The notes: generated by a model from the letters alone, not told the origin. A stretch of 64,000 bases of DNA from Eledone cirrhosa (GCA_964016885.1 OZ024746.1:69502001-69566000), one strand, 5' to 3'. Counted from the first letter of the stretch, positions 23,901 to 37,559 are shown. Translations and numbers: made by a program.

Positions 23901-26900
23901 GTAAGTGGCAGCTCTTTCTCTGAAGTGTTGGATAAGTGTAGATTGTAAGTGGCAGCTCTTTCTCTTAAGTGTTGGATAAGTGTAGCTTGTAAGTGGCAGC
24001 TCTTTCTCTGAAGTGTTGAATAAGTGTAGCTTGTAAGTGGCAGCCCTTTCTCTGAACTGTTGAATAAGTGTAGCTTGTAAGTGGCAGCCCTTTCTCTGAA
24101 GTGTTGAATAAGTGTAGATTGTAAGTGGCAGCTCTTTCTCTGAAGTGTTGGATAAGTGTAGCTTGTAAGTGGCAGCTCTTTCTCTGAAGTGTTGAATAAG
24201 TGTAGCTTGTAAGTGGCAGCCCTTTCTCTGAACTGTTGAATAAGTGTAGCTTGTAAGTGGCAGCCCTTTCTCTGAAGTGTTGAATAAGTGTAGATTGTAA
24301 GTGGCAGCTCTTTCTCTGAAGTGTTGAATAAGTGTAGCTTGTAAGTGGCAGCCCTTTCTCTGAAGTGTTGAATAAGTGTAGCTTGTAAGTGGCAGCCCTT
24401 TCTCTGAAGTGTTGGATAAGTGTAGCTTGTAGGTAACAGCCCTTTCTCTGAAGTGTTGGATAAGTGTAGCTTGTAGGTAACAGCCCTTTCTCTGAAGTGT
24501 TGGATAAGTGTAGCTTGTAGGTAACAGCCCTTTCTCTGAAGTGTTGAATAAGTGTAGCTTGTAGGTAACAGCCCTTTCTGTGAAGTGTTGAATAAGTGTA
24601 GCTTGTAGGTGGCAGCCCTTTCTCTGAAGTGTTGGATAAGTGTAGCTTGTAGGTAACAGCCCTTTCTGTGAAGTGTTGAATAAGTGTAGCTTGTAGGTGG
24701 CAGCCCTTTCTCTGAAGTGTTGGATAAGTGTAGCTTGTAGGTAACAGCCCTTTCTCTGAAGTGTTGAATAAGTGTAGCTTGTAAGTGGCAGCTCTTTCTC
24801 TGAAGTGTTGAATAAGTGTAGCTTGTAGGTAACAGCTCTTTCTCTGAAGTGTTGGATAAGTGTAGCTTGTAGGTAACAGCTCTTTCTCTGAAGTGTTGGA
24901 TAAGTGTAGCTTGTAGGTAACAGCCCTTTCTCTGAACTGTTGGATAAGTGTAGCTTGTAGGTAACAGCCCTTTCTCTGAAGTGTTGAATAAGTGTAGCTT
25001 GTAGGTAACAGCCCTTTCTCTGAAGTGTTGAATAAGTGTAGCTTGTAAGTGGCAGCCCTTTCTCTGAAGTGTTGGATAAGTGTAGCTTGTAGGTAACAAC
25101 CCTTTCTCTGAAGTGTTGGATAAGTGTAGCTTGTAAGTGGCAGCCCTTTCTCTGAAGTGTTGGATAAGTGTAGCTTGTAGGTAACAGCCCTTTCTCTGAA
25201 GTGTTGAATAAGTGTAGCTTGTAAGTGGCAGCACTTTCTCTGAAGTGTTGAATAAGTGTAGATTGTAAGTGGCAGCTCTTTCTCTGAAGTGTTGAATAAG
25301 TGTAGCTTGTAAGTGGCAGCCCTTTCTCTGAACTGTTGAATAAGTGTAGCTTGTAAGTGGCAGCCCTTTCTCTGAAGTGTTGGATAAGTGTAGCTTGTAG
25401 GTAACAGCCCTTTCTCTGAAGTGTTGGATAAGTGTAGCTTGTAGGTAACAACCCTTTCTCTGAAGTGTTGAATAAGTGTAGATTGTAAGTGGCAGCTCTT
25501 TCTCTGAAGTGTTGGATAAGTGTAGATTGTAAGTGGCAGCTCTTTCTCTGAAGTGTTGGATAAGTGTAGCTTGTAAGTGGCAGCTCTTTCTCTGAAGTGT
25601 TGAATAAGTGTAGCTTGTAAGTGGCAGCCCTTTCTCTGAACTGTTGAATAAGTGTAGCTTGTAAGTGGCAGCCCTTTCTCTGAAGTGTTGAATAAGTGTA
25701 GATTGTAAGTGGCAGCTCTTTCTCTGAAGTGTTGAATAAGTGTAGCTTGTAAGTGGCAGCCCTTTCTCTGAACTGTTGAATAAGTGTAGCTTGTAAGTGG
25801 CAGCCCTTTCTCTGAAGTGTTGGATAAGTGTAGCTTGTAGGTAACAGCCCTTTCTCTGAAGTGTTGGATAAGTGTAGCTTGTAGGTAACAGCCCTTTCTC
25901 TGAAGTGTTGGATAAGTGTAGCTTGTAGGTAACAGCCCTTTCTCTGAAGTGTTGAATAAGTGTAGCTTGTAGGTAACAGCCCTTTCTGTGAAGTGTTGAA
26001 TAAGTGTAGCTTGTAGGTGGCAGCCCTTTCTCTGAAGTGTTGGATAAGTGTAGCTTGTAGGTAACAGCCCTTTCTGTGAAGTGTTGAATAAGTGTAGCTT
26101 GTAGGTGGCAGCCCTTTCTCTGAAGTGTTGGATAAGTGTAGCTTGTAGGTAACAGCCCTTTCTCTGAAGTGTTGAATAAGTGTAGCTTGTAAGTGGCAGC
26201 TCTTTCTCTGAAGTGTTGAATAAGTGTAGCTTGTAGGTAACAGCTCTTTCTCTGAAGTGTTGGATAAGTGTAGCTTGTAGGTAACAGCTCTTTCTCTGAA
26301 GTGTTGGATAAGTGTAGCTTGTAGGTAACAGCCCTTTCTCTGAAGTGTTGGATAAGTGTAGCTTGTAGGTAACAGCCCTTTCTCTGAAGTGTTGAATAAG
26401 TGTAGCTTGTAAGTGGCAGCTCTTTCTCTGAAGTGTTGAATAAGTGTAGCTTGTAGGTAACAGCTCTTTCTCTGAAGTGTTGGATAAGTGTAGCTTGTAG
26501 GTAACAGCTCTTTCTCTGAAGTGTTGGATAAGTGTAGCTTGTAGGTAACAGCCCTTTCTCTGAAGTGTTGGATAAGTGTAGCTTGTAGGTAACAGCCCTT
26601 TCTCTGAAGTGTTGAATAAGTGTAGCTTGTAAGTGGAAGCCCTTTCTCTGAAGTGTTGGATAAGTGTAGCTTGTAGGTAACAACCCTTTCTCTGAAGTGT
26701 TGGATAAGTGTAGCTTGTAAGTGGCAACCCTTTCTCTGAAGTGTTGGATAAGTGTAGCTTGTAGGTAACAGCCCTTTCTCTGAAGTGTTGAATAAGTGTA
26801 GATTGTAAGTGGCAGCTCTTTCTCTGAACTGTTGAATAAGTGTAGCTTGTAAGTGGCAGCCCTTTCTCTGAAGTGTTGGATAAGTGTAGCTTGTAGGTAA

Positions 26901-29900
26901 CAGCTCTTTCTCTGAAGTGTTGAATAAGTGTAGATTGTAAGTGGCAGCTCTTTCTCTGAACTGTTGAATAAGTGTAGCTTGTAAGTGGCAGCCCTTTCTC
27001 TGAAGTGTTGGATAAGTGTAGCTTGTAGGTAACAGCCCTTTCTCTGAAGTGTTGAATAAGTGTAGCTTGTAAGTGGCAGCCCTTTCTCTGAAGTGTTGGA
27101 TAAGTGTAGCTTGTAGGTAACAGCCCTTTCTCTGAAGTGTTGGATAAGTGTAGCTTGTAAGTGGCAGCCCTTTCTCTGAAGTGTTGGATAAGTGTAGCTT
27201 GTAGGTAACAGCCCTTTCTCTGAAGTGTTGAATAAGTGTAGCTTGTAAGTGGCAGCACTTTCTCTGAAGTGTTGAATAAGTGTAGATTGTAAGTGGCAGC
27301 TCTTTCTCTGAAGTGTTGAATAAGTGTAGCTTGTAAGTGGCAGCCCTTTCTCTGAACTGTTGAATACTTGTAGCTTGTAAGTGGCAGCCCTTTCTCTGAA
27401 GTGTTGGATAAGTGTAGCTTGTAGGTAACAGCCCTTTCTCTGAAGTGTTGGATAAGTGTAGCTTGTAGGTAACAACCCTTTCTCTGAAGTGTTGAATAAG
27501 TGTAGATTGTAAGTGGCAGCTCTTTCTCTGAAGTGTTGGATAAGTGTAGATTGTAAGTGGCAGCTCTTTCTCTGAAGTGTTGGATAAGTGTAGCTTGTAA
27601 GTGGCAGCTCTTTCTCTGAAGTGTTGAATAAGTGTAGCTTGTAAGTGGCAGCCCTTTCTCTGAACTGTTGAATAAGTGTAGCTTGTAAGTGGCAGCCCTT
27701 TCTCTGAAGTGTTGAATAAGTGTAGCTTGTAAGTGGCAGCTCTTTCTCTGAAGTGTTGAATAAGTGTAGCTTGTAAGTGGCAGCCCTTTCTCTGAACTGT
27801 TGAATAAGTGTAGCTTGTAAGTGGCAGCCCTTTCTCTGAAGTGTTGAATAAGTGTAGATTGTAATTGGCAGCTCTTTCTCTGAAGTGTTGGATAAGTGTA
27901 GCTTGTAAGTGGCAGCTCTTTCTCTGAAGTGTTGAATAAGTGTAGCTTGTAAGTGGCAGCCCTTTCTCTGAACTGTTGAATAAGTGTAGCTTGTAAGTGG
28001 CAGCCCTTTCTCTGAAGTGTTGAATAAGTGTAGATTGTAAGTGGCAGCTCTTTCTCTGAAGTGTTGAATAAGTGTAGCTTGTAAGTGGCAGCCCTTTCTC
28101 TGAAGTGTTGAATAAGTGTAGCTTGTAAGTGGCAGCCCTTTCTCTGAAGTGTTGGATAAGTGTAGCTTGTAGGTAACAGCCCTTTCTCTGAAGTGTTGGA
28201 TAAGTGTAGCTTGTAGGTAACAGCCCTTTCTCTGAAGTGTTGGATAAGTGTAGCTTGTAGGTAACAGCCCTTTCTCTGAAGTGTTGAATAAGTGTAGCTT
28301 GTAGGTAACAGCCCTTTCTGTGAAGTGTTGAATAAGTGTAGCTTGTAGGTGGCAGCCCTTTCTCTGAAGTGTTGGATAAGTGTAGCTTGTAGGTAACAGC
28401 CCTTTCTGTGAAGTGTTGAATAAGTGTAGCTTGTAGGTGGCAGCCCTTTCTCTGAAGTGTTGGATAAGTGTAGCTTGTAGGTAACAGCCCTTTCTCTGAA
28501 GTGTTGAATAAGTGTAGCTTGTAAGTGGCAGCTCTTTCTCTGAAGTGTTGAATAAGTGTAGCTTGTAGGTAACAGCTCTTTCTCTGAAGTGTTGGATAAG
28601 TGTAGCTTGTAGGTAACAGCTCTTTCTCTGAAGTGTTGGATAAGTGTAGCTTGTAGGTAACAGCCCTTTCTCTGAAGTGTTGGATAAGTGTAGCTTGTAG
28701 GTAACAGCCCTTTCTCTGAAGTGTTGAATAAGTGTAGCTTGTAGGTAACAGCCCTTTCTCTGAAGTGTTGAATAAGTGTAGCTTGTAAGTGGCAGCCCTT
28801 TCTCTGAAGTGTTGGATAAGTGTAGCTTGTAGGTAACAACCCTTTCTCTGAAGTGTTGGATAAGTGTAGCTTGTAAGTGGCAACCCTTTCTCTGAAGTGT
28901 TGGATAAGTGTAGCTTGTAGGTAACAGCCCTTTCTCTGAAGTGTTGAATAAGTGTAGATTGTAAGTGGCAGCTCTTTCTCTGAACTGTTGAATAAGTGTA
29001 GCTTGTAAGTGGCAGCCCTTTCTCTGAAGTGTTGGATAAGTGTAGCTTGTAGGTAACAGCTCTTTCTCTGAAGTGTTGAATAAGTGTAGATTGTAAGTGG
29101 CAGCTCTTTCTCTGAACTGTTGAATAAGTGTAGCTTGTAAGTGGCAGCCCTTCCTCTGAAGTGTTGGATAAGTGTAGCTTGTAGGTAACAGCCCTTTCTC
29201 TGAAGTGTTGAATAAGTGTAGCTTGTAAGTGGCAGCCCTTTCTCTGAAGTGTTGGATAAGTGTAGCTTGTAGGTAACAGCCCTTTCTCTGAAGTGTTGGA
29301 TAAGTGTAGCTTGTAAGTGGCAGCCCTTTCTCTGAAGTGTTGGATAAGTGTAGCTTGTAGGTAACAGCCCTTTCTCTGAAGTGTTGAATAAGTGTAGCTT
29401 GTAAGTGGCAGCACTTTCTCTGAAGTGTTGAATAAGTGTAGATTGTAAGTGGCAGCTCTTTCTCTGAAGTGTTGAATAAGTGTAGCTTGTAAGTGGCAGC
29501 CCTTTCTCTGAACTGTTGAATAAGTGTAGCTTGTAAGTGGCAGCCCTTTCTCTGAAGTGTTGGATAAGTGTAGCTTGTAGGTAACAGCCCTTTCTCTGAA
29601 GTGTTGGATAAGTGTAGCTTGTAGGTAACAACCCTTTCTCTGAAGTGTTGAATAAGTGTAGATTGTAAGTGGCAGCTCTTTCTCTGAAGTGTTGGATAAG
29701 TGTAGATTGTAAGTGGCAGCTCCTTCTCTGAAGTGTTGGATAAGTGTAGCTTGTAAGTGGCAGCTCTTTCTCTGAAGTTTTGAATAAGTGTAGCTTGTAA
29801 GTGGCAGCCCTTTCTCTGAACTGTTGAATAAGTGTAGCTTGTAAGTGGCAGCCCTTTCTCTGAAGTGTTGAATAAGTGTAGATTGTAAGTGGCAGCTCTT

Positions 29901-32255
29901 TCTCTGAAGTGTTGGATAAGTGTAGCTTGTAAGTGGCAGCTCTTTCTCTGAAGTGTTGAATAAGTGTAGCTTGTAAGTGGCAGCCCTTTCTCTGAACTGT
30001 TGAATAAGTGTAGCTTGTAAGTGGCAGCCCTTTCTCTGAAGTGTTGAATAAGTGTAGATTGTAAGTGGCAGCTCTTTCTCTGAAGTGTTGAATAAGTGTA
30101 GCTTGTAAGTGGCAGCCCTTTCTCTGAACTGTTGAATAAGTGTAGCTTGTAAGTGGCAGCCCTTTCTCTGAAGTGTTGGATAAGTGTAGCTTGTAGGTAA
30201 CAGCCCTTTCTCTGAAGTGTTGGATAAGTGTAGCTTGTAGGTAACAGCCCTTTCTCTGAAGTGTTGGATAAGTGTAGCTTGTAGGTAACAGCCCTTTCTC
30301 TGAAGTGTTGAATAAGTGTAGCTTGTAGGTAACAGCCCTTTCTGTGAAGTGTTGAATAAGTGTAGCTTGTAGGTGGCAGCCCTTTCTCTGAAGTGTTGGA
30401 TAAGTGTAGCTTGTAGGTAACAGCCCTTTCTGTGAAGTGTTGAATAAGTGTAGCTTGTAGGTGGCAGCCCTTTCTCTGAAGTGTTGGATAAGTGTAGCTT
30501 GTAGGTAACAGCCCTTTCTCTGAAGTGTTGAATAAGTGTAGCTTGTAAGTGGCAGCTCTTTCTCTGAAGTGTTGAATAAGTGTAGCTTGTAGGTAACAGC
30601 TCTTTCTCTGAAGTGTTGGATAAGTGTAGCTTGTAGGTAACAGCTCTTTCTCTGAAGTGTTGGATAAGTGTAGCTTGTAGGTAACAGCCCTTTCTCTGAA
30701 GTGTTGGATAAGTGTAGCTTGTAGGTAACAGCCCTTTCTCTGAAGTGTTGAATAAGTGTAGCTTGTAAGTGGCAGCTCTTTCTCTGAAGTGTTGAATAAG
30801 TGTAGCTTGTAGGTAACAGCTCTTTCTCTGCAGTGTTGGATAAGTGTAGCTTGTAGGTAACAGCTCTTTCTCTGAAGTGTTGGATAAGTGTAGCTTGTAG
30901 GTAACAGCCCTTTCTCTGAAGTGTTGGATAAGTGTAGCTTGTAGGTAACAGCCCTTTCTCTGAAGTGTTGAATAAGTGTAGCTTGTAGGTAACAACCCTT
31001 TCTCTGAAGTGTTGGATAAGTGTAGCTTGTAAGTGGCAACCCTTTCTCTGAAGTGTTGGATAAGTGTAGCTTGTAGGTAACAACCCTTTCTCTGAAGTGT
31101 TGGATAAGTGTAGCTTGTAAGTGGCAACCCTTTCTCTGAAGTGTTGGATAAGTGTAGCTTGTAGGTAACAGCCCTTTCTCTGAAGTGTTGAATAAGTGTA
31201 GATTGTAAGTGGCAGCTCTTTCTCTGAACTGTTGAATAAGTGTAGCTTGTAAGTGGCAGCCCTTTCTCTGAAGTGTTGGATAAGTGTAGCTTGTAGGTAA
31301 CAGCTCTTTCTCTGAAGTGTTGAATAAGTGTAGATTGTAAGTGGCAGCTCTTTCTCTGAAGTGTTGGATAAGTGTAGCTTGTAGGTAACAGCTCTTTCTC
31401 TGAAGTGTTGGATAAGTGTAGCTTGTAAGTGGCAGCCCTTTCTCTGAAGTGTTGGATAAGTGTAGCTTGTAAGTGGCAGCTCTTTCTCTGAAGTGTTGAA
31501 TAAGTGTAGCTTGTAAGTGGCAGCCCTTTCTCTGAAGTGTTGGATAAGTGTAGCTTGTAGGTAACAGCTCTTTCTCTGAAGTGTTGGATAAGTGTAGCTT
31601 GTAGGTAACAGCCCTTTCTCTGAAGTGTTGGATAAGTGTAGCTTGTAGGTGGCAGCTCTTTCTCTGAAGTGTTGAATAAGTGTAGCTTGTAAGTGGCAGC
31701 CCTTTCTCTGAAGTGTTGGATAAGTGTAGCTTGTAGGTAACAGCCCTTTCTCTGAAGTGTTGAATAAGTGTAGCTTGTAGGTAACAGCCCTTTCTGTGAA
31801 GTGTTGGATAAGTGTAGCTTGTAGGTAACAGCCCTTTCTCTGAAGTGTTGGATAAGTGTAGCTTGTAGGTGGCATCCCTTTCTCTGAACTGTTGAATAAG
31901 TGTAGCTTGTAAGTGGCAGCCCTTTCTCTGAAGTGTTGGATAAGTGTAGCTTGTAGGTAACAGCCCTTTCTCTGAAGTGTTGGATAAGTGTAGATTGTAG
32001 GTAACAGCCCTTTCTCTGAAGTGTTGGATAAGTGTAGATTGTAGGTAACAGCCCTTTCTCTGAAGTGTTGGATAAGTGTAGCTTGTAGGTGGCATCCCTT
32101 TCTCTGAACTGTTGAATAAGTGTAGCTTGTAAGTGGCAGCCCTTTCTCTGAAGTGTTGGATAAGTGTAGCTTGTAGGTAACAGCCCTTTCTCTGAAGTGT
32201 TGGATAAGTGTAGATTGTAGGTAACAGCCCTTTCTCTGAAGTGTTGAATAAGTGT
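11945..32255. repeat. 44-bp tandem satellite, about 461 units
   Basis: Consensus TCTCTGAAGTGTTG(G/A)ATAAGTGTAGCTTGTA(GGTAA/AGTGG)CAGC(C/T)CTT; same phase (position mod 44 = 25) at 12081, 22201, 27481 and 32101. Confidence 0.99.
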
Positions 32256-32470
32256 CGAAACAAAAGCGGTGGAAACAAAATTTTCGACTGATTTAGAAAT
32301 GAATCTTTTGAAAAGTTGTTGCAATTGAAAGAATCATTGGTTTGGTTCATTACAAATGTTGGAATTGTGATTTAAATGTAAAGTTCTCCAATTTGATTAA
32401 AATAACATATGAAGTCGAATTGCAATAGTCAGTTTTGTGAAAACGATGCCATTATTTCTATATATCAGAG

Positions 32471-32695
32471 GGCGGTGGATTGGTAGTATCGGTAGAGGGT
32501 CGGACGCCATGCTTTGTAGCATAGAGTTACGGCTCTTTATGATCTGAGCTCAAATCCCGCCGAGGTTAACTTTGCCTTTCATCCTTATGGGGTCGATAAA
32601 ATAAAGTACCAGTCAAGCACTGGGGTCGATTTAATCGACTTTCCCCTCCCCCCCAAATTACTGGCCTTGTGCCTATATAAGAAACCATTATTTCT
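32471..32695 (+). mobile_element. Nin/Deu-core SINE, full length
   Basis: A/B boxes and core as 601-784; flanked by the direct repeat CCATTATTTCTATATATCAG. Confidence 0.85.
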
Positions 32696-33960
32696 ATATA
32701 TCAGGTAATGAAATTGCAGACAACCAAAACGTGCACTATGACCACTACTAGCATCAGCAGCTGTAGTAGCAGAAGTAACAGTAGCAGTAGAAGCTAAAAT
32801 AAGAAGCACTAGGACGTGTTTAAGCACCGAACCAACAAATGACATCAAGCTGGTTTCCGCATTGGTGCAAGTACACCGGAAGTTCATGGCACTGAAGGAA
32901 GTATTACCATGTTTATGAGCTACCATTGTGGAATAATGAATTGCAATCAGAATTACTTCCACATTAAGAGGAATCCTATAGTTTATGTTGATTACTGACA
33001 CGTGGAAGTAATTAGAAATAAGAATGATATTTTTATAATTTATTTCTAGCATATAATTGTATTAATGTTCATCATATATGTTCATCATATATCTACAAAT
33101 GACACAGATTTATAGAAACACGCATGCTGCATTACTTTGGTTGATACTAAAAACTGCTATACTATAAAAATCTTTTCTGATATGTATTCAGCTTAAATAA
33201 AGTGTCACACAATGGGATCGAACCCCAAATCACGTAGTTGCGACGCGAGTTTCTTAACCACACAACCATACCTACACCTATGGCAGTTCCTCTCATCTGT
33301 TTTCCTGTCTGTCTCACTGTTCTCTTCTCCACCCTTAACATATATAAATCTCCCGATTAGAAACCAGGCGTTTATAAGGAATTAGGAAATATATATTAGC
33401 AAACAACAATGAAAGTATTGAAAATAATTAAAATAATAAATAGAAAAATAAGGAAAAGAAAGAAAAGGAAAAAATAATTTAAAATGAAGTAAGCAGTAAG
33501 GGATGGGGCAAACTCTATATCCTTGACTTGGTGGTATATCTTAGCAGCCCCTCACTAAGAAGATCACGAAAGTGACACTCACTACATCAGCCATTTTACT
33601 TCACGGGGCTCCTTCTATAGGTGGGGTACATTCCTGATTTTGCAGAGGAAAACAGCATTCCGTGGACCAAGGACACCAGAGGTCTGGACAACAACCAACA
33701 CAAAAAGGAAGCGGTTGGTTAAATCCCAGTATTTAGTCATCTTCTACTCTGTGTCAGTCTGGGGACCAAGAGGAACACCAGGGGTCTTCCACTGCTTTGA
33801 AGCAGTCCAGGGAGTGAGGGGACAATGGAGAATTCGACGGGAACCAGCACGAAAAGTAAGCGGTCAGTGAAATTTCAGTATTTGGATATCTTCCGCGCCT
33901 CTGCGTTCCGAGCAATGGTGCCCGGATTTGTGGCAGAAGAGAGTAGGGAATTATATATGA

Positions 33961-34176
33961 TTAACGCTTTAGCATTTACATTACACTATATTTACTATTA
34001 TATTTTCATGGTAAAGGCTTTATCTCACATAATATCGAATCTATGAGATTTTGATATTATTTATTTTGAGAACAATACCTTAACATCAGTATGAACGGCC
34101 GGTTACAGCCGGTTTAAACAGAAAAAGGTTAGAGTATTCTTGCCGGATACGGCCGATTTAAATGCTAAGGAGTTAA
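33961..34176. mobile_element. TTAA-flanked (piggyBac-like) MITE, degenerate
   Basis: TTAA-CGCTTTAGCATTTA ... TAAATGCTAAGGAG-TTAA terminal inverted repeats. Confidence 0.55.
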
Positions 34177-35022
34177 ATGTTGTACGTCACTATAATATTG
34201 TAGTGACCTACAAGGTAATATTTGATAAACAACTTACGTAACTGCTGTTACTATAAAAGGAATGATCGACTTTCGTCAAATCGGACCGAGGGAACAATGT
34301 TTCCGTTGGTCTTTCCAATTGCTAATACTATCTATCGGTCGCAACTCCAGGTAGAAGGAGCAACGTGAAATAAAGTGTCTTGCTCAAGGACATAACGCAT
34401 CGCCTGGTCCAGGAATCGAATTCACAACCTTACGATTGCGAATCCAATTCTCTAACCCCTCAGCCACACGCCTTCACCACTGAGCCACACACCTTCACTG
34501 CTATATGTGGTTTTAATAGTATAACATCTGATATAGGAGGGATTGTGATGGGGTTTGGTGGAGAGTCATTGATACACATATAGAGAGATGTCGACAGGTA
34601 GAGAGATAGTGTAAAAAAGAGACGAGACCGTAGGGAGTAAAGATAGGGAGAGATAGAGAGATATCAAGATAGATAAAGAAAACGAGAGAGCGAAGAAAGG
34701 AGGCAGAGAGAGAGAGAGAGAGAGAGGCCAGGGAGAGAGAGGGGGGAAGAGAGGAAGAGAGGGAGAGAGAGAGGGGGAAAGAGATGGGGAGAGAGGGGGA
34801 GAGGGGGGGATCTGTTATTCACGAGGTGTTGTGGGTTTGTGTTATAAAATAGATTTCATTTCATATCAAATGTAAGGAATAACAACATCAAGAACAACAG
34901 CACCGACACGTATATATATACAGGAGTGCTATCTATCATGCACGCGCGCACACATACGCCTACACACATGAGCCTACACACATAAAAGAATCACAACAAA
35001 ACTAGGTTAGTTATCAGTAAAC

Positions 35023-35084
<62 letters not shown>

Positions 35085-35118
35085 ATGTATGTATGTATGT
35101 ATGTATGTATGTATGTAT

Positions 35119-35508
35119 GGGAGAGATGACCCCTTAGCCTTTGTCAAGGCAGAATTCTAGGAGAAGGAAAACTCTGATATAACACCTGCAACTCTGATGG
35201 TATCCAATGATGTTGACTTGTTCTTCTTTTTGGTAAATATCATCTTGGTTAAGAGAGTGGGACTGGCTTTGTGCAGTGCCTTTGCTCACTATAAAAGCTC
35301 CACGACACAGGCATTGCTTTATATCTGGTGATCTCTCTGCACTTGTCATCACATGGTACCAATAATTGTCACAAGTGTAGTGTTTGTACCAGAGTGTTCA
35401 AGTCGCTGGCTGGACTAAAAAGTCACACTCGTTCAGCGCATCGATAGGGGTTCTCCTACATGGATATAAAGTAGTGGCCGTACTCGAAAACGAGTTGGCA
35501 GCCACCAT
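35119..35508 (+). mobile_element. Non-coding repeat, 5'-truncated copy of 48752-49361 (RTE 5'UTR-like)
   Basis: About 390 bp closely matching 48952-49361; motif CTAGGAGAAGGAAAACTCTGAT resembles RTE 5' UTRs; microsatellite flanks. Confidence 0.65.
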
Positions 35509-35633
35509 GTATATATATATCACCTTGATCACCTTGACCAACCAGTCTGTCGGGCCCCATTCGACGCCGCTGGTCACAGCACGTGCTGTTTTAGCCATAT
35601 GATGACGCCATCCCACTGGCTGGGCGGGCAGGC

Positions 35634-35678
<45 letters not shown>

Positions 35679-36329
35679 CCAGAAATATCCGTCATCAGTG
35701 GTCTACTAGCCATCATAGGTATTTCCTCGCATTATAGACCATATACCTCAAGCTAGGGCGATACAATAACTAAATTAAGTTATTGGGATAAAAAGAGTTG
35801 GGTGGAGAAAGAGAGACAGGTAAACAAACATGAATGGTGAGGCAACGTAAAGAGAGTAAAAAATGAGAAAATCAAATCAATAATTCATTTTGAACATAAG
35901 AACTTGCGAATATTGACGAGAAGGCAAAGACACATCTTGGCTGTGCGGATGTGAGCGAGGAAAGAATCTCGTACGGTGTGGGGCGATGTAGGAAGTGAGA
36001 GAGAGGGATATTCCTGGCTTCTATTTCTAATTCTTCATTTATTATATATATCCTATTTGCAACAACACAGCTCGCCATTTTTCATTCATATATGCTTTCC
36101 CCTTCGCCGTGACCTGTCTTTTTCTCTTCCCTTACTGCTATCCTCTTTCTCTCTCCCCCTTCTCTCTCCTTCTCCCTCTTACTTTCACTCACCCCCTCTG
36201 CTAGTCACCCTCTCTCGGCTAGCCTCTTCCTCACACTTTCACTCACTCACTCTCTGCTACTTTACCTTCTCTCTCACTTCTTCCATCGTCCCACACTGTA
36301 CGAGATTCTTTCCTCGCTCACATCCGCAT

Positions 36330-37085
36330 GTGTATACAAGTGTGTGTACGTGTGCCTGTGTGTGTGTGTGCCTGTGTGTGTGTGTGTGTGTGTGTACACC
36401 TGTATGTGTGTGTGTGTGTACGTGTGTGTGTACGTGTGCGTGTGCGCTTGTTTGTGTGCGTACGTGTGTGTGTACGTGGGTGTGTGTGTATGTATGTGTG
36501 TGTGTGTGTGTGTGTGTAGGAAGGTAAGTACGTATAAGAAGGAGTCATATCGGAATTTTGAAGAAAAGAAGGAAGTAATCTGGAAAGGAAAAGACAGAAG
36601 TGTGGTGGTGATGTTGTTGGTAGTGATGGTGGGGGTAGTGGTGGTGGTGGTGGTGGTGGTAACGTGAAGAGTGAGGATGATGATGGTGGTGGTGGTGGTG
36701 GTGGTGGTTGTAGTGGTGGTGGTGGTAGTGGTGGTGGTGGTGGTGCTGGTGGTGGTAAAGGTGATAATGATGATGATGGCGGTGGTAGTTGGTGGAGGTG
36801 GTAGTGAAGGTGATAATGATGATGATGGTGGTGGTAGTTGGTGGAGGTGGTGGTGCTGGTGGTGGTGAAGGTGATAATGATGATGATGATGGTGGTGGTA
36901 GTTGGTGGAGGTGGTGGTGCTGGTGGTGGTGAAGGTGATAATGATGATGGTGGTGGTAGTTGGTGGTGATGAGGGTAGTGGTCGCGGTAGAGGTGAGGAT
37001 GCAACGGCGACGGCGACAACGACGATGATGATGATGATGCGGATGATGATAATGGCGATGATGGCGGTGGTGGAGGTGTTTGGAT
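36330..37085. repeat. (GT)n followed by (GGT/GAT)n low-complexity tract
   Basis: Direct reading. Confidence 0.95.
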
Positions 37086-37559
37086 AATGCTGGCAGTGTA
37101 TAAGATGATGAAGATAAACTAATATCTATCTGATATTACTAAAGGCAGCTTCTTATCGGCGGGAGGATATGAAACACTCGCCCTGAATTCACCAGTAAAA
37201 TCTGATTATTTTTAGCTCTAACTTCCTTCTCTACTTACTAGCTGTTACTAAGTACACTACCACTACACTATACTAAGTTGTACTTACATGAGCGCTAATA
37301 ATATGCAAATGACTACCTCTATATCACGGTTATTACTACCTTTGGTAGGCTTTAGTTGCGTATCCCTGCATAATTCGGGTGTTTCATTCCTGGCGGCGTG
37401 TTGTGTCCTTCAGCAAGGTACTTTACTTCATCTTACTCCTCCACTCAGCTGGCAAAACTAAGTTATACATATAATTCAAAGGGCCAACATTGTCACACAC
37501 TCTATCTCACTGTGTCACAAACTATCATCAAACAACAATGGAATGGTTGCTGCGCAGTA

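Noticed and set aside
11870-32350. 6,800-aa ORFs as annotated genes, a C2H2 zinc-finger array, or a CRISPR array
   Set aside because: The unit is 44 nt (not a multiple of 3, not 84 nt), has no CxxC..HxxxH spacing despite TLIQH/TSEK look-alikes, and has no spacers. Kept only as a hypothesis in findings.
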